This document shows positions 53,143 through 63,900 of a DNA stretch of 64,000 nt, piece after piece. The translations under genes were made by a program, and so were the position numbers. The stretch's first letter is position 1. Each line of letters starts with the position of its first letter. The stretch lies in assembly GCA_000165345.1 (NCBI GenBank), contig CM000431.1:672001-736000 (forward strand). The letters run 5' to 3'. Under the pieces are notes generated by a model. The model saw only the letters and a program-made list of their open reading frames with translations. It had not been told where the DNA came from and did not search any database.

Positions 53143-55041
53143 ATGCAGCAGATTCCTACCATACTAAAGAATTCAAAGTCTTGGTCAAATTCAACACAGA
53201 GATCTGAATATAACAAACATTCTAATAATTGGGTAGATTTTAATCTCAATGTTGAAAAACTGAATAATTGTTCGAATTCGAATTTTATTTACAAGTTTTT
53301 AAATACAGATCTTTCTAGGAACTATCATGGAAATTTGAATCATGCTGGATCAGAAAGATATCGGACAAAAAACGAAGGGGTAATTCAAAATTCATTGATA
53401 AAAGAAAATAAAGTTTCAAGACAAAAATTAGTCAATTCAAGGCCAGTTGAAATTGAATGCAAAACTTTACTTCCTAATTTATTTTCTGTGAATGGGCAAA
53501 AACATATTCCTTTTGACATTAATTTAAATCGATTTGATACTTTTGAAACTGAGAGTAAAAATTCTCATAAAAGCAAACCACAAATAATTAATAGGAAATT
53601 AGGAAACGATTTGAATTATTATAACACAAAAATTATTAACTCAAATCATTGCCCGAAGCTTGTACCAATAGCTTGTAATAATCTATTTCGTGCAACTTCT
53701 TTTTTAGAAGTCAAGCCAAATTTCAATAATTGCAACAATAACTCAAGTTTTTTGAGAAAAAATTCAAGTTTCATATCAGAGAATTATAGAAACAACGGTA
53801 TAAAATCGAATGTCAATGTGTCTTGTATTCAAGAAAAAAATTACAGTTCAAGTAATCTAACTAATAGTCAACAAAAAATTATTTATTCAGCAAATCAAGA
53901 AAATTCTTCGATATTGTTGAATAGCAAATCAAAAAATCTAAAAATGCCAAATTATTTCAGTTCTAAACTCTTTATAAGAAATCTTCCAAAAGTTTCAATT
54001 AATAATTTAAGTTCAAAGCCAATTTACCAAATAGATGGTCTTGAATCCAGTGATAATGGAATGGAAGTAAACTTGACGAGTATAAAGATGTTTTCAATAC
54101 TTGGATTTGGGTCAACCAGTTTAGTTTATTCAGCAGTTTGGAGAGGGACTGAAGTTGCCGTAAAAATATTGGGTAACTATGCAAAAAGTATTAAATCATC
54201 CGATTGTAATCACTTAAATCTAAGTATTAATAAAGCAATTAAACACATGGAAATTACCAAAAAGGATTGCCAACGTTACTTAGAATTTAGAAATGAGATT
54301 AGAATCATGAATCTGTTACGTCATCCAAATATTGTACAGTATATGGGAGGCAATATTAGTTCAAATCCGCCATTTTTGATATGTGAATTTTGCTCTGGAG
54401 GCACTCTTTTTAACTTATTACATGGAGACTCAAAAAAATGTTTAGGATCGAACAGTTTTTCTTTTTCTGGACCATCTGTTAACTTATCTTTGTACCAAAG
54501 AATAAAAATTCTGCAGGATATTGCTCGAGGGATTCATTTTTTGCACTCAGCAAATCCACCAATAATTCACAGGGATATTAAGTCACTAAATATTTTCTTA
54601 TCATTGCCAATTAAATCTAATGCTGACGTCCCAATTGCTAAAGTTGGAGATTTTGGCCTCTGTCAGCAATTATTCTCAGACAAAGGTTTTATAAATGGAT
54701 CTGGAAATTTGGTTGGTACATACCAATGGATGGCACCTGAGGTGTTAACAAGCCAAATCTACAACGAACATATAGATGTATATAGCTTTGGAATGATCAT
54801 GTATGAAGTTCTCTCAAACAGGACACCTTTTTTCGAATTAGGAGTTGATGTAAACCCAGAAATATTGGCTGATGAAATCATCAAAGGTATTAGACCTACA
54901 TTAAAGTATATAGTTAACGATGTACCTATCGAAATAAAAAACATAATGATTCGATGCTGGGACCCGCAACCTTCCAAGAGAGGGACGATGCTTGTAATAA
55001 TTAATGAATTACAGCATTTTATGGAAAAAATAGGGAATTAA
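53143..55041 (+). CDS. protein kinase, TKL/tyrosine-kinase-like catalytic domain with Asn-rich N-terminal extension
   Basis: 632 aa. Gly loop LGFGSTSLVYSAVWRGTEVAVK. Catalytic loop HRDIKSLNIFL. DFG motif VGDFGLC. APE motif YQWMAPEVL. The first 300 aa are low-complexity. Confidence 0.85.
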   Translation: MQQIPTILKNSKSWSNSTQRSEYNKHSNNWVDFNLNVEKLNNCSNSNFIYKFLNTDLSRNYHGNLNHAGSERYRTKNEGVIQNSLIKENKVSRQKLVNSRPVEIECKTLLPNLFSVNGQKHIPFDINLNRFDTFETESKNSHKSKPQIINRKLGNDLNYYNTKIINSNHCPKLVPIACNNLFRATSFLEVKPNFNNCNNNSSFLRKNSSFISENYRNNGIKSNVNVSCIQEKNYSSSNLTNSQQKIIYSANQENSSILLNSKSKNLKMPNYFSSKLFIRNLPKVSINNLSSKPIYQIDGLESSDNGMEVNLTSIKMFSILGFGSTSLVYSAVWRGTEVAVKILGNYAKSIKSSDCNHLNLSINKAIKHMEITKKDCQRYLEFRNEIRIMNLLRHPNIVQYMGGNISSNPPFLICEFCSGGTLFNLLHGDSKKCLGSNSFSFSGPSVNLSLYQRIKILQDIARGIHFLHSANPPIIHRDIKSLNIFLSLPIKSNADVPIAKVGDFGLCQQLFSDKGFINGSGNLVGTYQWMAPEVLTSQIYNEHIDVYSFGMIMYEVLSNRTPFFELGVDVNPEILADEIIKGIRPTLKYIVNDVPIEIKNIMIRCWDPQPSKRGTMLVIINELQHFMEKIGN

Positions 55042-55090
55042 CTACGAGGAAAACTAATAAACTCGAGTTAACATTGGTTGGTTTAAAGAG

Positions 55091-55759
55091 TTAAAATGAA
55101 ACTATTTTTTCTAATTTCCTACTTAGATTAAGAATTGCTTGTTTATTCGTAGAAATGACATTTTCATTCAAACATTTAGATTTTAGAATAACTAGTATAT
55201 GGTCATTGGAATTATAATTAAAATTTATATCTTTGAATTCGGTTTGAACAAAAATCACCACCTCATCTGCTTTGAGAGGGTTAAAAGTACACAAATAACA
55301 GCTGATATAAAGCGTGTTGTAAAGCGTAGGGGGTGTTGAATTTAAAGAACCAATATTCAAATGCTGCATAATCTCCAATATTGATTTAGATGAAAAACAT
55401 TCAACCACTTTATTGACCTGTATAGTCGCTTTTTTATCTTTATCGCTTGTTAAAGCCATTTCCAAACTATTAGTTGTGGGTTCAATAATTGGTGTTTGGT
55501 ACGAAATGTTGACTAAGTCTTTGCTTTCTGTAGGATAAATATACTGTAATATACGAGCTTCTGCTTCAGTGTGTTTTTGCGCCTTTGTAAAGTCTAATTT
55601 TCTAGAAAAACAATGCGACTCCATAACATTAGGACACCATGTGTTCTCACGCCACTTAACAAGCTTAACTTCTACGCATAAGGATTTCAACAGGTCAAGA
55701 AGGTCCTCAAGTTGATTAATATTGACTCTACCTACTTTACTACATTCGATATAACTCAT
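55091..55759 (-). CDS. hypothetical protein (222 aa)
   Basis: The first ATG is at 55757-55759; the track start at 55777 is a TTG. No family recognised. Confidence 0.45.
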   Translation of the reverse strand: MSYIECSKVGRVNINQLEDLLDLLKSLCVEVKLVKWRENTWCPNVMESHCFSRKLDFTKAQKHTEAEARILQYIYPTESKDLVNISYQTPIIEPTTNSLEMALTSDKDKKATIQVNKVVECFSSKSILEIMQHLNIGSLNSTPPTLYNTLYISCYLCTFNPLKADEVVIFVQTEFKDINFNYNSNDHILVILKSKCLNENVISTNKQAILNLSRKLEKIVSF

Positions 55760-55869
55760 TTGTTTATCTAATAGCAATAGATTATTAAAACATTTAAGGC
55801 AGCGCGGTAATTCAAATTAAGCTTACATTCAAACTTTGGTTCCAAAGTTTTAATTTAAAACATGAAATA

Positions 55870-56916
55870 ATGAATTTTGGAAGGACAATTTATTTTTCGA
55901 TCAGTTCATTCTTCAGAGAAATGACACAAAAGTTTCTCAGCGCTGAAGAAGAAATTTTTATGCTAAAAAATAAATTTGCACCAGAAGAAAAAAAATACTT
56001 CTTAAAAGAATTTCACGATATTATACTATTCACATACAGGAATGAATTTAAAAATATTATCATAACTAGAAATACAGTACAACTAACAAAAAATTATTCA
56101 AAAAATATAAACTCTGATGTCGGGTGGGGATGCATGTATAGAGTGACCCAAATGTCGATTGCTCACGGTATATGCCAATTTATGAAGAGGTTTCTGGGCA
56201 ATTTAAATATCGAAAAAATTTTGAATAACTTTCAAGATAATGAAAGTGCAAAATTTTCAATTCATAATATGGTAAATATTGGTCTGAGTGAATTCGGAAT
56301 TGATCCTACATCTTGGATTGGACCAACAACATCATCAATGATCGCAAATAAGCTAATAAATGATAATAGAAGCATTATATCTAATATTCAGATTGCGAGT
56401 ATTACCTACGTAGAAGGCACTATTTATAGGGATCAAGCGGTTAAACACTTTTCAGAAGTGGGTTCAGATAGCTGTACTTTTGTATGGCTTTGCATGAAGT
56501 TGGGTACGTCCAAATTCAATATTAACTCATATAAGAAAACAGTAATTTCAATGAGTAATGTCTCACAGTTCATATGTATTATGGGAGGTAATAATTATTC
56601 GTCAGGGGCTTTATTAATTGTTGCATTTAGCAATTCCTTTTTGTATTGCTTAGATCCGCATATTAAAGTACTTCCATCATTTTCCGATAAAAACTTTATT
56701 AGGGATGACTTTATTCAAAAAGTTCCGACAAGGATTTATTGGGGGGAACTGAATTCATCTTTATCCATGGTTTATATTTGCCGAAACCTTGAAGATTTTG
56801 ATGATTTGTGCAGCAATTTAACTAGAATTAATTCTGATTTATTTGAAGTTATAAATAATTGTGATTTTGAAGTAAAGAGTATAAATGAATTAGATTCTGG
56901 TTTTTTAGTAGTATAA
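55870..56916 (+). CDS. ATG4: autophagy cysteine protease ATG4 (peptidase C54)
   Basis: 348 aa. FTYRNEF, the catalytic Cys motif SDVGWGCMYRVTQM and the downstream DPH (CLDPHIKV) of the catalytic triad. Confidence 0.8.
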   Translation: MNFGRTIYFSISSFFREMTQKFLSAEEEIFMLKNKFAPEEKKYFLKEFHDIILFTYRNEFKNIIITRNTVQLTKNYSKNINSDVGWGCMYRVTQMSIAHGICQFMKRFLGNLNIEKILNNFQDNESAKFSIHNMVNIGLSEFGIDPTSWIGPTTSSMIANKLINDNRSIISNIQIASITYVEGTIYRDQAVKHFSEVGSDSCTFVWLCMKLGTSKFNINSYKKTVISMSNVSQFICIMGGNNYSSGALLIVAFSNSFLYCLDPHIKVLPSFSDKNFIRDDFIQKVPTRIYWGELNSSLSMVYICRNLEDFDDLCSNLTRINSDLFEVINNCDFEVKSINELDSGFLVV

Positions 56917-56934
56917 TACCTTAAATTGCCAGCT

Positions 56935-58209
56935 TTAAAAAATGGGGATTGAACCTATTATTTCCAGATTAGTTATCAAATAGGGGTATTCCAGACCAGG
57001 AACATTGGCATTTGGATGAGGAGTTACTTTGATTGAATATTGTAACTCTTTGATATCGTCTATGGAACCGGAAATTATTCTTCCATTAGAGTCTTGCAAG
57101 CAATTAATTTGTTGCGTTTTAAATGTAAACATAAATTCCGGTTGATTTGTTTGTATTTTACAATCCTTAAAAGAAAACATTAAATCTGAGATTTCTGCTC
57201 CTATCAGCTCTACATTTCCTAATTGAAGAATTTTTGTATTTAAGCAAAGCCCCATCTTTTTAAGTTTTTCAATGTTTGAGCAAAGTTGTCTATATGCTAC
57301 ATCCCCACAATGCAATCTCAGCTTGTGCTCGTCGCATTTAAGATATGATTCCATGAATTTTGGGAGAATGTATTCTTCAAAAAATGACATAAAGTCAGTT
57401 AATTTAAAATTTGGATTGATTGCCTTCATTTCTTTAACGACTTTAGATATTTTATTTCCATTATATATAGTTTTAAAATATTCACTTTCAAATATATTTT
57501 TCAATAATAACATATCCTTAAGTTTTACGCCGAGCCTGTTCCGTAAAGAATAATTGTGTAGCACAACAGAATTTTCTACTATTGGAACTATAGTTTTGCC
57601 TTCAATATTCTTATTTATAATTTTCTTATTGCTAGTTTTAATTTCACTGTTACTTTCTTTATTACAATCTGACTTCCAACTCGAAAGCTCTCTTTCTATC
57701 ACATTCCTATTGGTTTCATCATAGAATAAAACTTTTATTATTTCTATGTGCCTTGAAAAAAGGTTACTTGAAAGGAATCGAGAGAAAATTGAAGAAATTT
57801 TAGCTGTAAAAAATTTAATATGGGATAAAAATCTATTAATTTTATACAATTCTGCAATATTTATGAAATAAACCGAAGAATAGAAATTTATAAATGGTAA
57901 ATTACTGTAAAACTTGAAATATAAATTATCAAATTTTTTCTTCAAAAGTGCAATATCATCCTGTAGTATTTTGTCACTCTTAATTTCATTTTTTAATTGT
58001 GAAACAAATTTATTAAAATATGAATTAAATGTTGAATAACATCTTCGTTTTCTAAAATTTAAATTATTAAGTTGAGTGAAATGCATATAATATTTGTTGC
58101 TCTGATAAAACAAGAAAATATTTCTGCATATAGAAATATCCTGTCGAAGGTTGTATCTCAAGCTATTTATGCAAACTTTTGTTAAGGCATTGCTACTAAG
58201 CCCTTCCAT
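56935..58209 (-). CDS. hypothetical protein (424 aa)
   Basis: ATG verified. Its stop is 18 nt from the ATG4 stop. No family recognised. The antisense ORF 57272-57553 is spurious. Confidence 0.5.
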   Translation of the reverse strand: MEGLSSNALTKVCINSLRYNLRQDISICRNIFLFYQSNKYYMHFTQLNNLNFRKRRCYSTFNSYFNKFVSQLKNEIKSDKILQDDIALLKKKFDNLYFKFYSNLPFINFYSSVYFINIAELYKINRFLSHIKFFTAKISSIFSRFLSSNLFSRHIEIIKVLFYDETNRNVIERELSSWKSDCNKESNSEIKTSNKKIINKNIEGKTIVPIVENSVVLHNYSLRNRLGVKLKDMLLLKNIFESEYFKTIYNGNKISKVVKEMKAINPNFKLTDFMSFFEEYILPKFMESYLKCDEHKLRLHCGDVAYRQLCSNIEKLKKMGLCLNTKILQLGNVELIGAEISDLMFSFKDCKIQTNQPEFMFTFKTQQINCLQDSNGRIISGSIDDIKELQYSIKVTPHPNANVPGLEYPYLITNLEIIGSIPIF

Positions 58210-58394
58210 TAATAAATATTAATGTCTAAAATATATGAAGTATTACAAATAAATCTAAGAACATTAATTTTTTTGGATTGATTTCATTGAAATATAATAA
58301 GATAAATTTCAACCTGAGCATTAATTTAAAAACTAAATAAATATACCGCTGTGTATAATGAGCTTGTAAAGAAATACCTTATTTTTTTTTTTTA

Positions 58395-59792
58395 ATGAAA
58401 AGAAAAGATAAAAATGAAATTATAAATACGAATTACATTGCAAGTAAGCCTTGGTTAGCTGAGGAGGTTAATAATAGACTAAAAGAAAGAGACAATATCT
58501 TTAATGTTTGTGAAGATGAGTTTGAAAGTAATAAATGGTTTCAATTAATGAACAAATTTTCTAAATATGGAGAAATAACTAGAGGGAACAAAATAAAATT
58601 ATTTGAAAATAGCCGGGATTCATACTTGTCGATGATTGAAAGTATCGATTCAGCGAAAAAGAGAGTATGGTTTGAAACATATATCTTTGAGGAATGCGAA
58701 ACTGGAGAAAAATTTGTTGATTCGTTTTGTGAAGCATCACAAAGAGGATGCGAAGTTATTTTACTACTAGACGCTTTTGGTAGCTCTAAATTCCCGAAAA
58801 GATGGGAACAAAAGTTACTAAAAAATAATGTGAAGGTTATATGGTTTAATCCCATTTCTCAAATTTTTAAGGATACCTTTTTATTCAGGAATCACAGAAA
58901 GTTATTAATTGCTGATGAAAAGGCATATTGCGGATCAATTAATATTACTAACCGAATTAATGATTCATCGTTGAATGACGAAGCTAATATCAAAAATTAC
59001 AACATAATTTGTAACTCGGCGTATAAAAAACTAATTTTTTTATTTAAACAAGTAATTTATTCAATTTCACCAATAAAGGTTAATAAGCTTTGTTTCTACG
59101 ATGTACACGCGGAGATAGAAGGCCCTGCAACTTACGATCTCGGAAAAGTTTTTATCGACTCACTCAAAGAATCTAAATGTGGACAAATTCCAATAATATT
59201 CCAGAGACCGAAGGAAATCAAGAATGGCACTATATTACAGGTACTATACAGTAATACAAGAAGGCAGCATAGAGGAATTCAAAATGTTTTAAATATTGCA
59301 ACAAAAAATTCAAATAGTTATATTTATCTCACAACTTCTTATTTTTTTCCTCCAAGTTTTCTACGTAGAGCCATTCAAACTGCAATTAATAATAATGTAA
59401 AAGTTTCGATGTTGTTATCAGGTAGATCCGATATTCCAGGAGATACAATTGCAACAAAGTATTTAATCAAAAGGTTTATTCAAAACAATGTAAGATTTTT
59501 TTTTACAAGAAATATTCACTGTCACGCTAAATACATTACAATAGATGGGATATGGTCATCTTTTGGAAGTTTTAACTGGGACGGGTTTTCTGCGAATCGA
59601 AATTTGGAAGTTTCTGTAGCGTCATTCGATTCAAAGATTGCAAGCCAGTTAATGAAAATGCACTCAAAAATGACGCATTCATTTCAAAGTACAGAACAAA
59701 CAATAAATCAATGGAATGAGCAGTCTAGGCTCACCAGAGTTTGCTCAAAAGCTGCATATATGCTTATCAAATTTGTAAATAAGTATTTGTAA
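58395..59792 (+). CDS. phospholipase D superfamily protein with two HKD motifs; bacterial-type (PLD-type) cardiolipin synthase-like
   Basis: 465 aa. HKD motif 1 is HRKLLIADEKAYCGSINITNR. HKD motif 2 is HAKYITIDGIWSSFGSFNWD. The size and spacing are typical of Cls-type enzymes. Confidence 0.8.
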   Translation: MKRKDKNEIINTNYIASKPWLAEEVNNRLKERDNIFNVCEDEFESNKWFQLMNKFSKYGEITRGNKIKLFENSRDSYLSMIESIDSAKKRVWFETYIFEECETGEKFVDSFCEASQRGCEVILLLDAFGSSKFPKRWEQKLLKNNVKVIWFNPISQIFKDTFLFRNHRKLLIADEKAYCGSINITNRINDSSLNDEANIKNYNIICNSAYKKLIFLFKQVIYSISPIKVNKLCFYDVHAEIEGPATYDLGKVFIDSLKESKCGQIPIIFQRPKEIKNGTILQVLYSNTRRQHRGIQNVLNIATKNSNSYIYLTTSYFFPPSFLRRAIQTAINNNVKVSMLLSGRSDIPGDTIATKYLIKRFIQNNVRFFFTRNIHCHAKYITIDGIWSSFGSFNWDGFSANRNLEVSVASFDSKIASQLMKMHSKMTHSFQSTEQTINQWNEQSRLTRVCSKAAYMLIKFVNKYL

Positions 59793-59820
59793 CAATATTT
59801 TACAAACTTCAACTGTTATA

Positions 59821-59844
59821 TTTTTGCGCGCATAAAATTGCGCC
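59821..59844. promoter_or_regulatory. GC boxes TTTTTGCGCGC and ATTGCGCC (E2F-like) 55-78 nt upstream of the KRR1 ATG
   Basis: tttttgcgcgcataaaattgcgccatttggg, in AT-rich spacer. Confidence 0.3.
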
Positions 59845-59898
59845 ATTTGGGAGGTCATATTTTACATTACCAATAATTTTAGGTTTAGTATTAATTGA

Positions 59899-60975
59899 AT
59901 GTTAGAGATGAGTGTAGGTACTCCAATGGAAAATCAAGAGATTATTTCTAAAAAAAGAAGGTATAGAAAGGATAAGCCGTGGGATACCGATGATATTGAT
60001 CACTGGAACGTTCCTAAATTAACACCTGAAGATAATCCTCATGGACTTTTAGAAGAAAGTAGTTTTGCAGTGCTATTTCCAAAATATCGTGAAAAATATT
60101 TACGTGATATTTGGCCAGATATACGTAATGCCCTGAAAGCCCATCATATTAAATGCGAGCTTGATTTAGTAGAAGGATCTATTACTGTAAGAACGACAGG
60201 CAAGACTTGGGACCCGTTTATTATTATACGCGCTAGAGATATGGTAAAGCTCTTATCAAGAAGCGTACCATTTCACCAAGCAGTTCGAATTCTAGGTGAG
60301 GGGGAGGATGATAACAATCTTGGCTGTGACATAATAAAAATCGGGCATAGGAATAAGGAGAAGATGGTTAAAAGACGTCAGAGACTAGTAGGCCCAAATG
60401 GATCTACATTAAAAGCTATTGAATTGCTAACAAATTGCTACGTGTTAGTTCAAGGTCAAACAGTTAGTGTAATTGGGTCATATAAAAGCTTAAAGCTCGT
60501 GCGCCGAATAGTAGAAGATTGTATGAATAATATACACCCAGTCTACCATATCAAAGAACTCATGATAAAGAGAGAATTAGAAAAAGATGAAAGATTAAGA
60601 GGAGAAAATTGGGATCGGTTTTTACCAAAATTTAAAAACAAATGTGTAAAGAGGAAGGTGAAGAAACAAATTAAAAAGAAAAACAAGTCAATATTCCCAC
60701 CTGAGCCTACTCCTAGAAAAGAAGATATGTTACTCGAAACTGGTGAGTACTTTTATAGTGAATTGGAAAGAAAAGCTAAACAAATTAAAGAAAGAATATC
60801 TGAGCAAAAAGAGAAAAAAAATGAAAAACATATGGAAAGAGAAAAGATGTATATTCCTCCGAATGAAAAATTGTTTTTAAAAAATAAAACAAGTAACCAA
60901 AACGAAATTAATTATAAAACTTTTGGGCAGAATTCCGAGAAATACAAGAATAATTTATCAAATTTTGTTGTTTAG
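59899..60975 (+). CDS. KRR1: KRR1 small-subunit processome component (KH domain)
   Basis: 358 aa. Near-collinear with KRR1 ([16 protein letters not shown]...[12 protein letters not shown]...[45 protein letters not shown]...). Confidence 0.9.
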   Translation: MLEMSVGTPMENQEIISKKRRYRKDKPWDTDDIDHWNVPKLTPEDNPHGLLEESSFAVLFPKYREKYLRDIWPDIRNALKAHHIKCELDLVEGSITVRTTGKTWDPFIIIRARDMVKLLSRSVPFHQAVRILGEGEDDNNLGCDIIKIGHRNKEKMVKRRQRLVGPNGSTLKAIELLTNCYVLVQGQTVSVIGSYKSLKLVRRIVEDCMNNIHPVYHIKELMIKRELEKDERLRGENWDRFLPKFKNKCVKRKVKKQIKKKNKSIFPPEPTPRKEDMLLETGEYFYSELERKAKQIKERISEQKEKKNEKHMEREKMYIPPNEKLFLKNKTSNQNEINYKTFGQNSEKYKNNLSNFVV

Positions 60976-60981
60976 ATTGGA

Positions 60982-63900
60982 CTAGGACTTCAACTGATCA
61001 ATTAATTCTTGAACAATATTTGTTGACTTATACTTTTTGCTCAATTTGATAATTACTTCTTTAATGTAATTATATATTTCTTTTTTACTTAATTCGTGGT
61101 TGTTTGCTCGATTCTCTAACAAACTAATTTGCTCTACTATTGCAGATTCAGATTTAACCTGCCCAGATAGAAACTTAATGATTAGTGGAATAATAGCTTC
61201 AATTTTATAGAACTCGATGCATCTTCTAATTATTCTAACTGACTCTGTACTATATATATTTTTGTATTTATTAACGATAAACTCATATACTTGTGTAGCC
61301 TTAATTGACTCCATTAAGTATATTTCCTCTACCTGAGATTTTCTCTTGAAATCAATTAGTTCATCCAATTGAGCTCCAATTTCAAAAAAAAGTTTTGAAT
61401 TATTTGTTTTAATTAATTCATTTGAAAGAGCTGAAGCCAATATGTTTGAATTTGTTGAATATATTAAATAAGGAAGCATATTGAAGCTATCTTTTTTATC
61501 AATTATTACTTTTATTATTTTTTCCCTGTTCATAGAAAATAATGCATAATGCAAATCTACCGGATTCACGTATGAAAATAGTAATTCAATTATTGCAACA
61601 TCAAATATACTATTGACTTCATAAATGTCAAAGTTCTTATCACGCATAATCGACGAGAGCTTACATCTTTTCTCTAGACTATTTATTTTATTATTTTCAG
61701 AAATATCCTTGATCAAATTTGTGAAAAATGATAAAATATTATTTATCAATCTTCGATCATTTTCCTTAGAAAAAGAATTCAAGCTTTCAATTAACTTTTT
61801 TAAATTTAGAATAGAGTTGATTAGCTCAATTATTGCATTTAATAGTTCAAACACTTCAATGAAGGGGATGACTGGGCATGTATTAAATATCTTAGAAAGA
61901 ATGGGGATAATAAATCGTTTATTTGGTAAATTATAAAGCAAGTTGTTATTGTAAACGCATTCTTTTTTATCTTTTCCATTTTGTGCATATTTATTAATTA
62001 GGTTTGAAATGTACTCAACCGTATTTTTGAGTAAAAATATCGGATCTAAAACTAACAAATTCCATACATCAATGATTGATTTATTAATTTTAACTTTATA
62101 TATATATCCGCTAATATATGCTGCAAAAATTAAATTGCTGAATATTTTTACATCATTTTCGTCAAAAAGCTGCAAATATAAATTTTTTATTGTGTTTGAA
62201 AATAGGTTTGAATCGTAGATTCCAAAATCTAAACAAAGTTTTGTGATTAAATATAATATTTGGTTTAATTTCTTATCAACACTTTGACATCGAGTATTAG
62301 AGCTGAGATATAAAGCGTTTGAATATTCATTCTCTTTACCGACTATACATCTTACCTTTCTTTTTCTATTTTCATCTTTAAGAAATTCAGCATCTTTTGT
62401 ATCTTCAATTTGGTCAAGGTGTATCTGATTTGGCTTTAACAATTTATAGGAATCCTTTCTATTATTAAACTCCCTCCAAAGAGATCTGGCCAATCCAACC
62501 TTTTCAGATAAATAAAACTTGCTAAAATCTTGTGGAATGTGCAATTCATTAAAGTAAATCATATAGTAATTGTGAAGCCATATAACTTGCAGATCATCAT
62601 ACTTTGGGTATCTCTTTTGAATGTTTTTGATAGAGGCAATTTGAAATAGAGTTTTTAAAGCATTGCACTTAGTTGAATAGCTATAATTCGATGAGTTTTT
62701 AAACGAAATAGATAACAAAAGTATTATTGCATCGTTCAAAGATATTCCTCCGCAAATGAATGAGATCCTATCAATATAGGTGCAGTCATAAACCTTTGAG
62801 TTGAGTGATTGTATTCTGTACCAGTGATCAAATCCTGTAATTATTCCAGAACTTTCAATATCTTTAAAAATATCTTTTATAGTTGGAAATTTATTTTTTA
62901 AAGCTTCATAAGGCGTTTCAAATGGCTTGCTTAAGAGATTCTTAATTATTCTCACTCTGATTTTTCTTATATCAGAAGAATATACGCTTGATATTTCATC
63001 AATAAAAAAATTAAAATTTTCTTTCAGCGTAAAATTTGAAGAGCCAGGAGATTTTTCTATAGAATTTTTCCTACTAAAACTATAAATTTCTCGTTCTGGT
63101 TTAGGATCAATACAAAAAGATTGACAAACTGATTCCTGTAATTTGTTCCTAAATTTCCAGTAAATTCCTTCTGAAATAAGCGGTGTAAGATAGTAGTATA
63201 AAGAACTGATGAAAATATTAATGTCATTTGTCTCTTCTATAAGTTTTGAAAAAATGATGTCTAATTTATGTTTTTTTAAAATAAGCTTTGATGAAATTAG
63301 GCTTTTTTTTGATTTTAAGTAGTTTTCAATATTTATGATGACTTCGTTAAATCTGTTATATAATAAGAATTCCATGTTTATGATTGGATACCCTTTCTTT
63401 AATTCGACTCTTGCAATTGATCCTGATTTTCTTTCGCACCACTCTATTAATTTAATCTTTGTTTTTGAAAGGGGAATCTCGTCGATAACAAGTAAAACTA
63501 TTGCAATGCCAGCTTCCAAATCAACTGAAGCAATTGATTCAATATATCTCAATAAAATTTTGTCACTCTCCACTAGTTTAAAGCAATATTCTTGAAATTC
63601 ATTTGATTCCGTTTTTAATAAATTATTTTCCGATAGATATTTATACTTTCTGCACAATACAATATTCCAGACAAATTGAATATCAATTGATATATTCTTT
63701 ATGCCCAAATATTCTGACATTTTCTTTATCTTATATATAGTCTCGTCATTTATTTCATATTTTAATGCATTTATCGGATGTTTAATGAGATAATGGAAAG
63801 GAATTCTATATTTATTAGATTCCACTTTAAAATTAACTTTTTTACCCAACTCAATATTTCCATTAATACGCTCGGCTTCATTTTTAATGAATAGTTTTTC

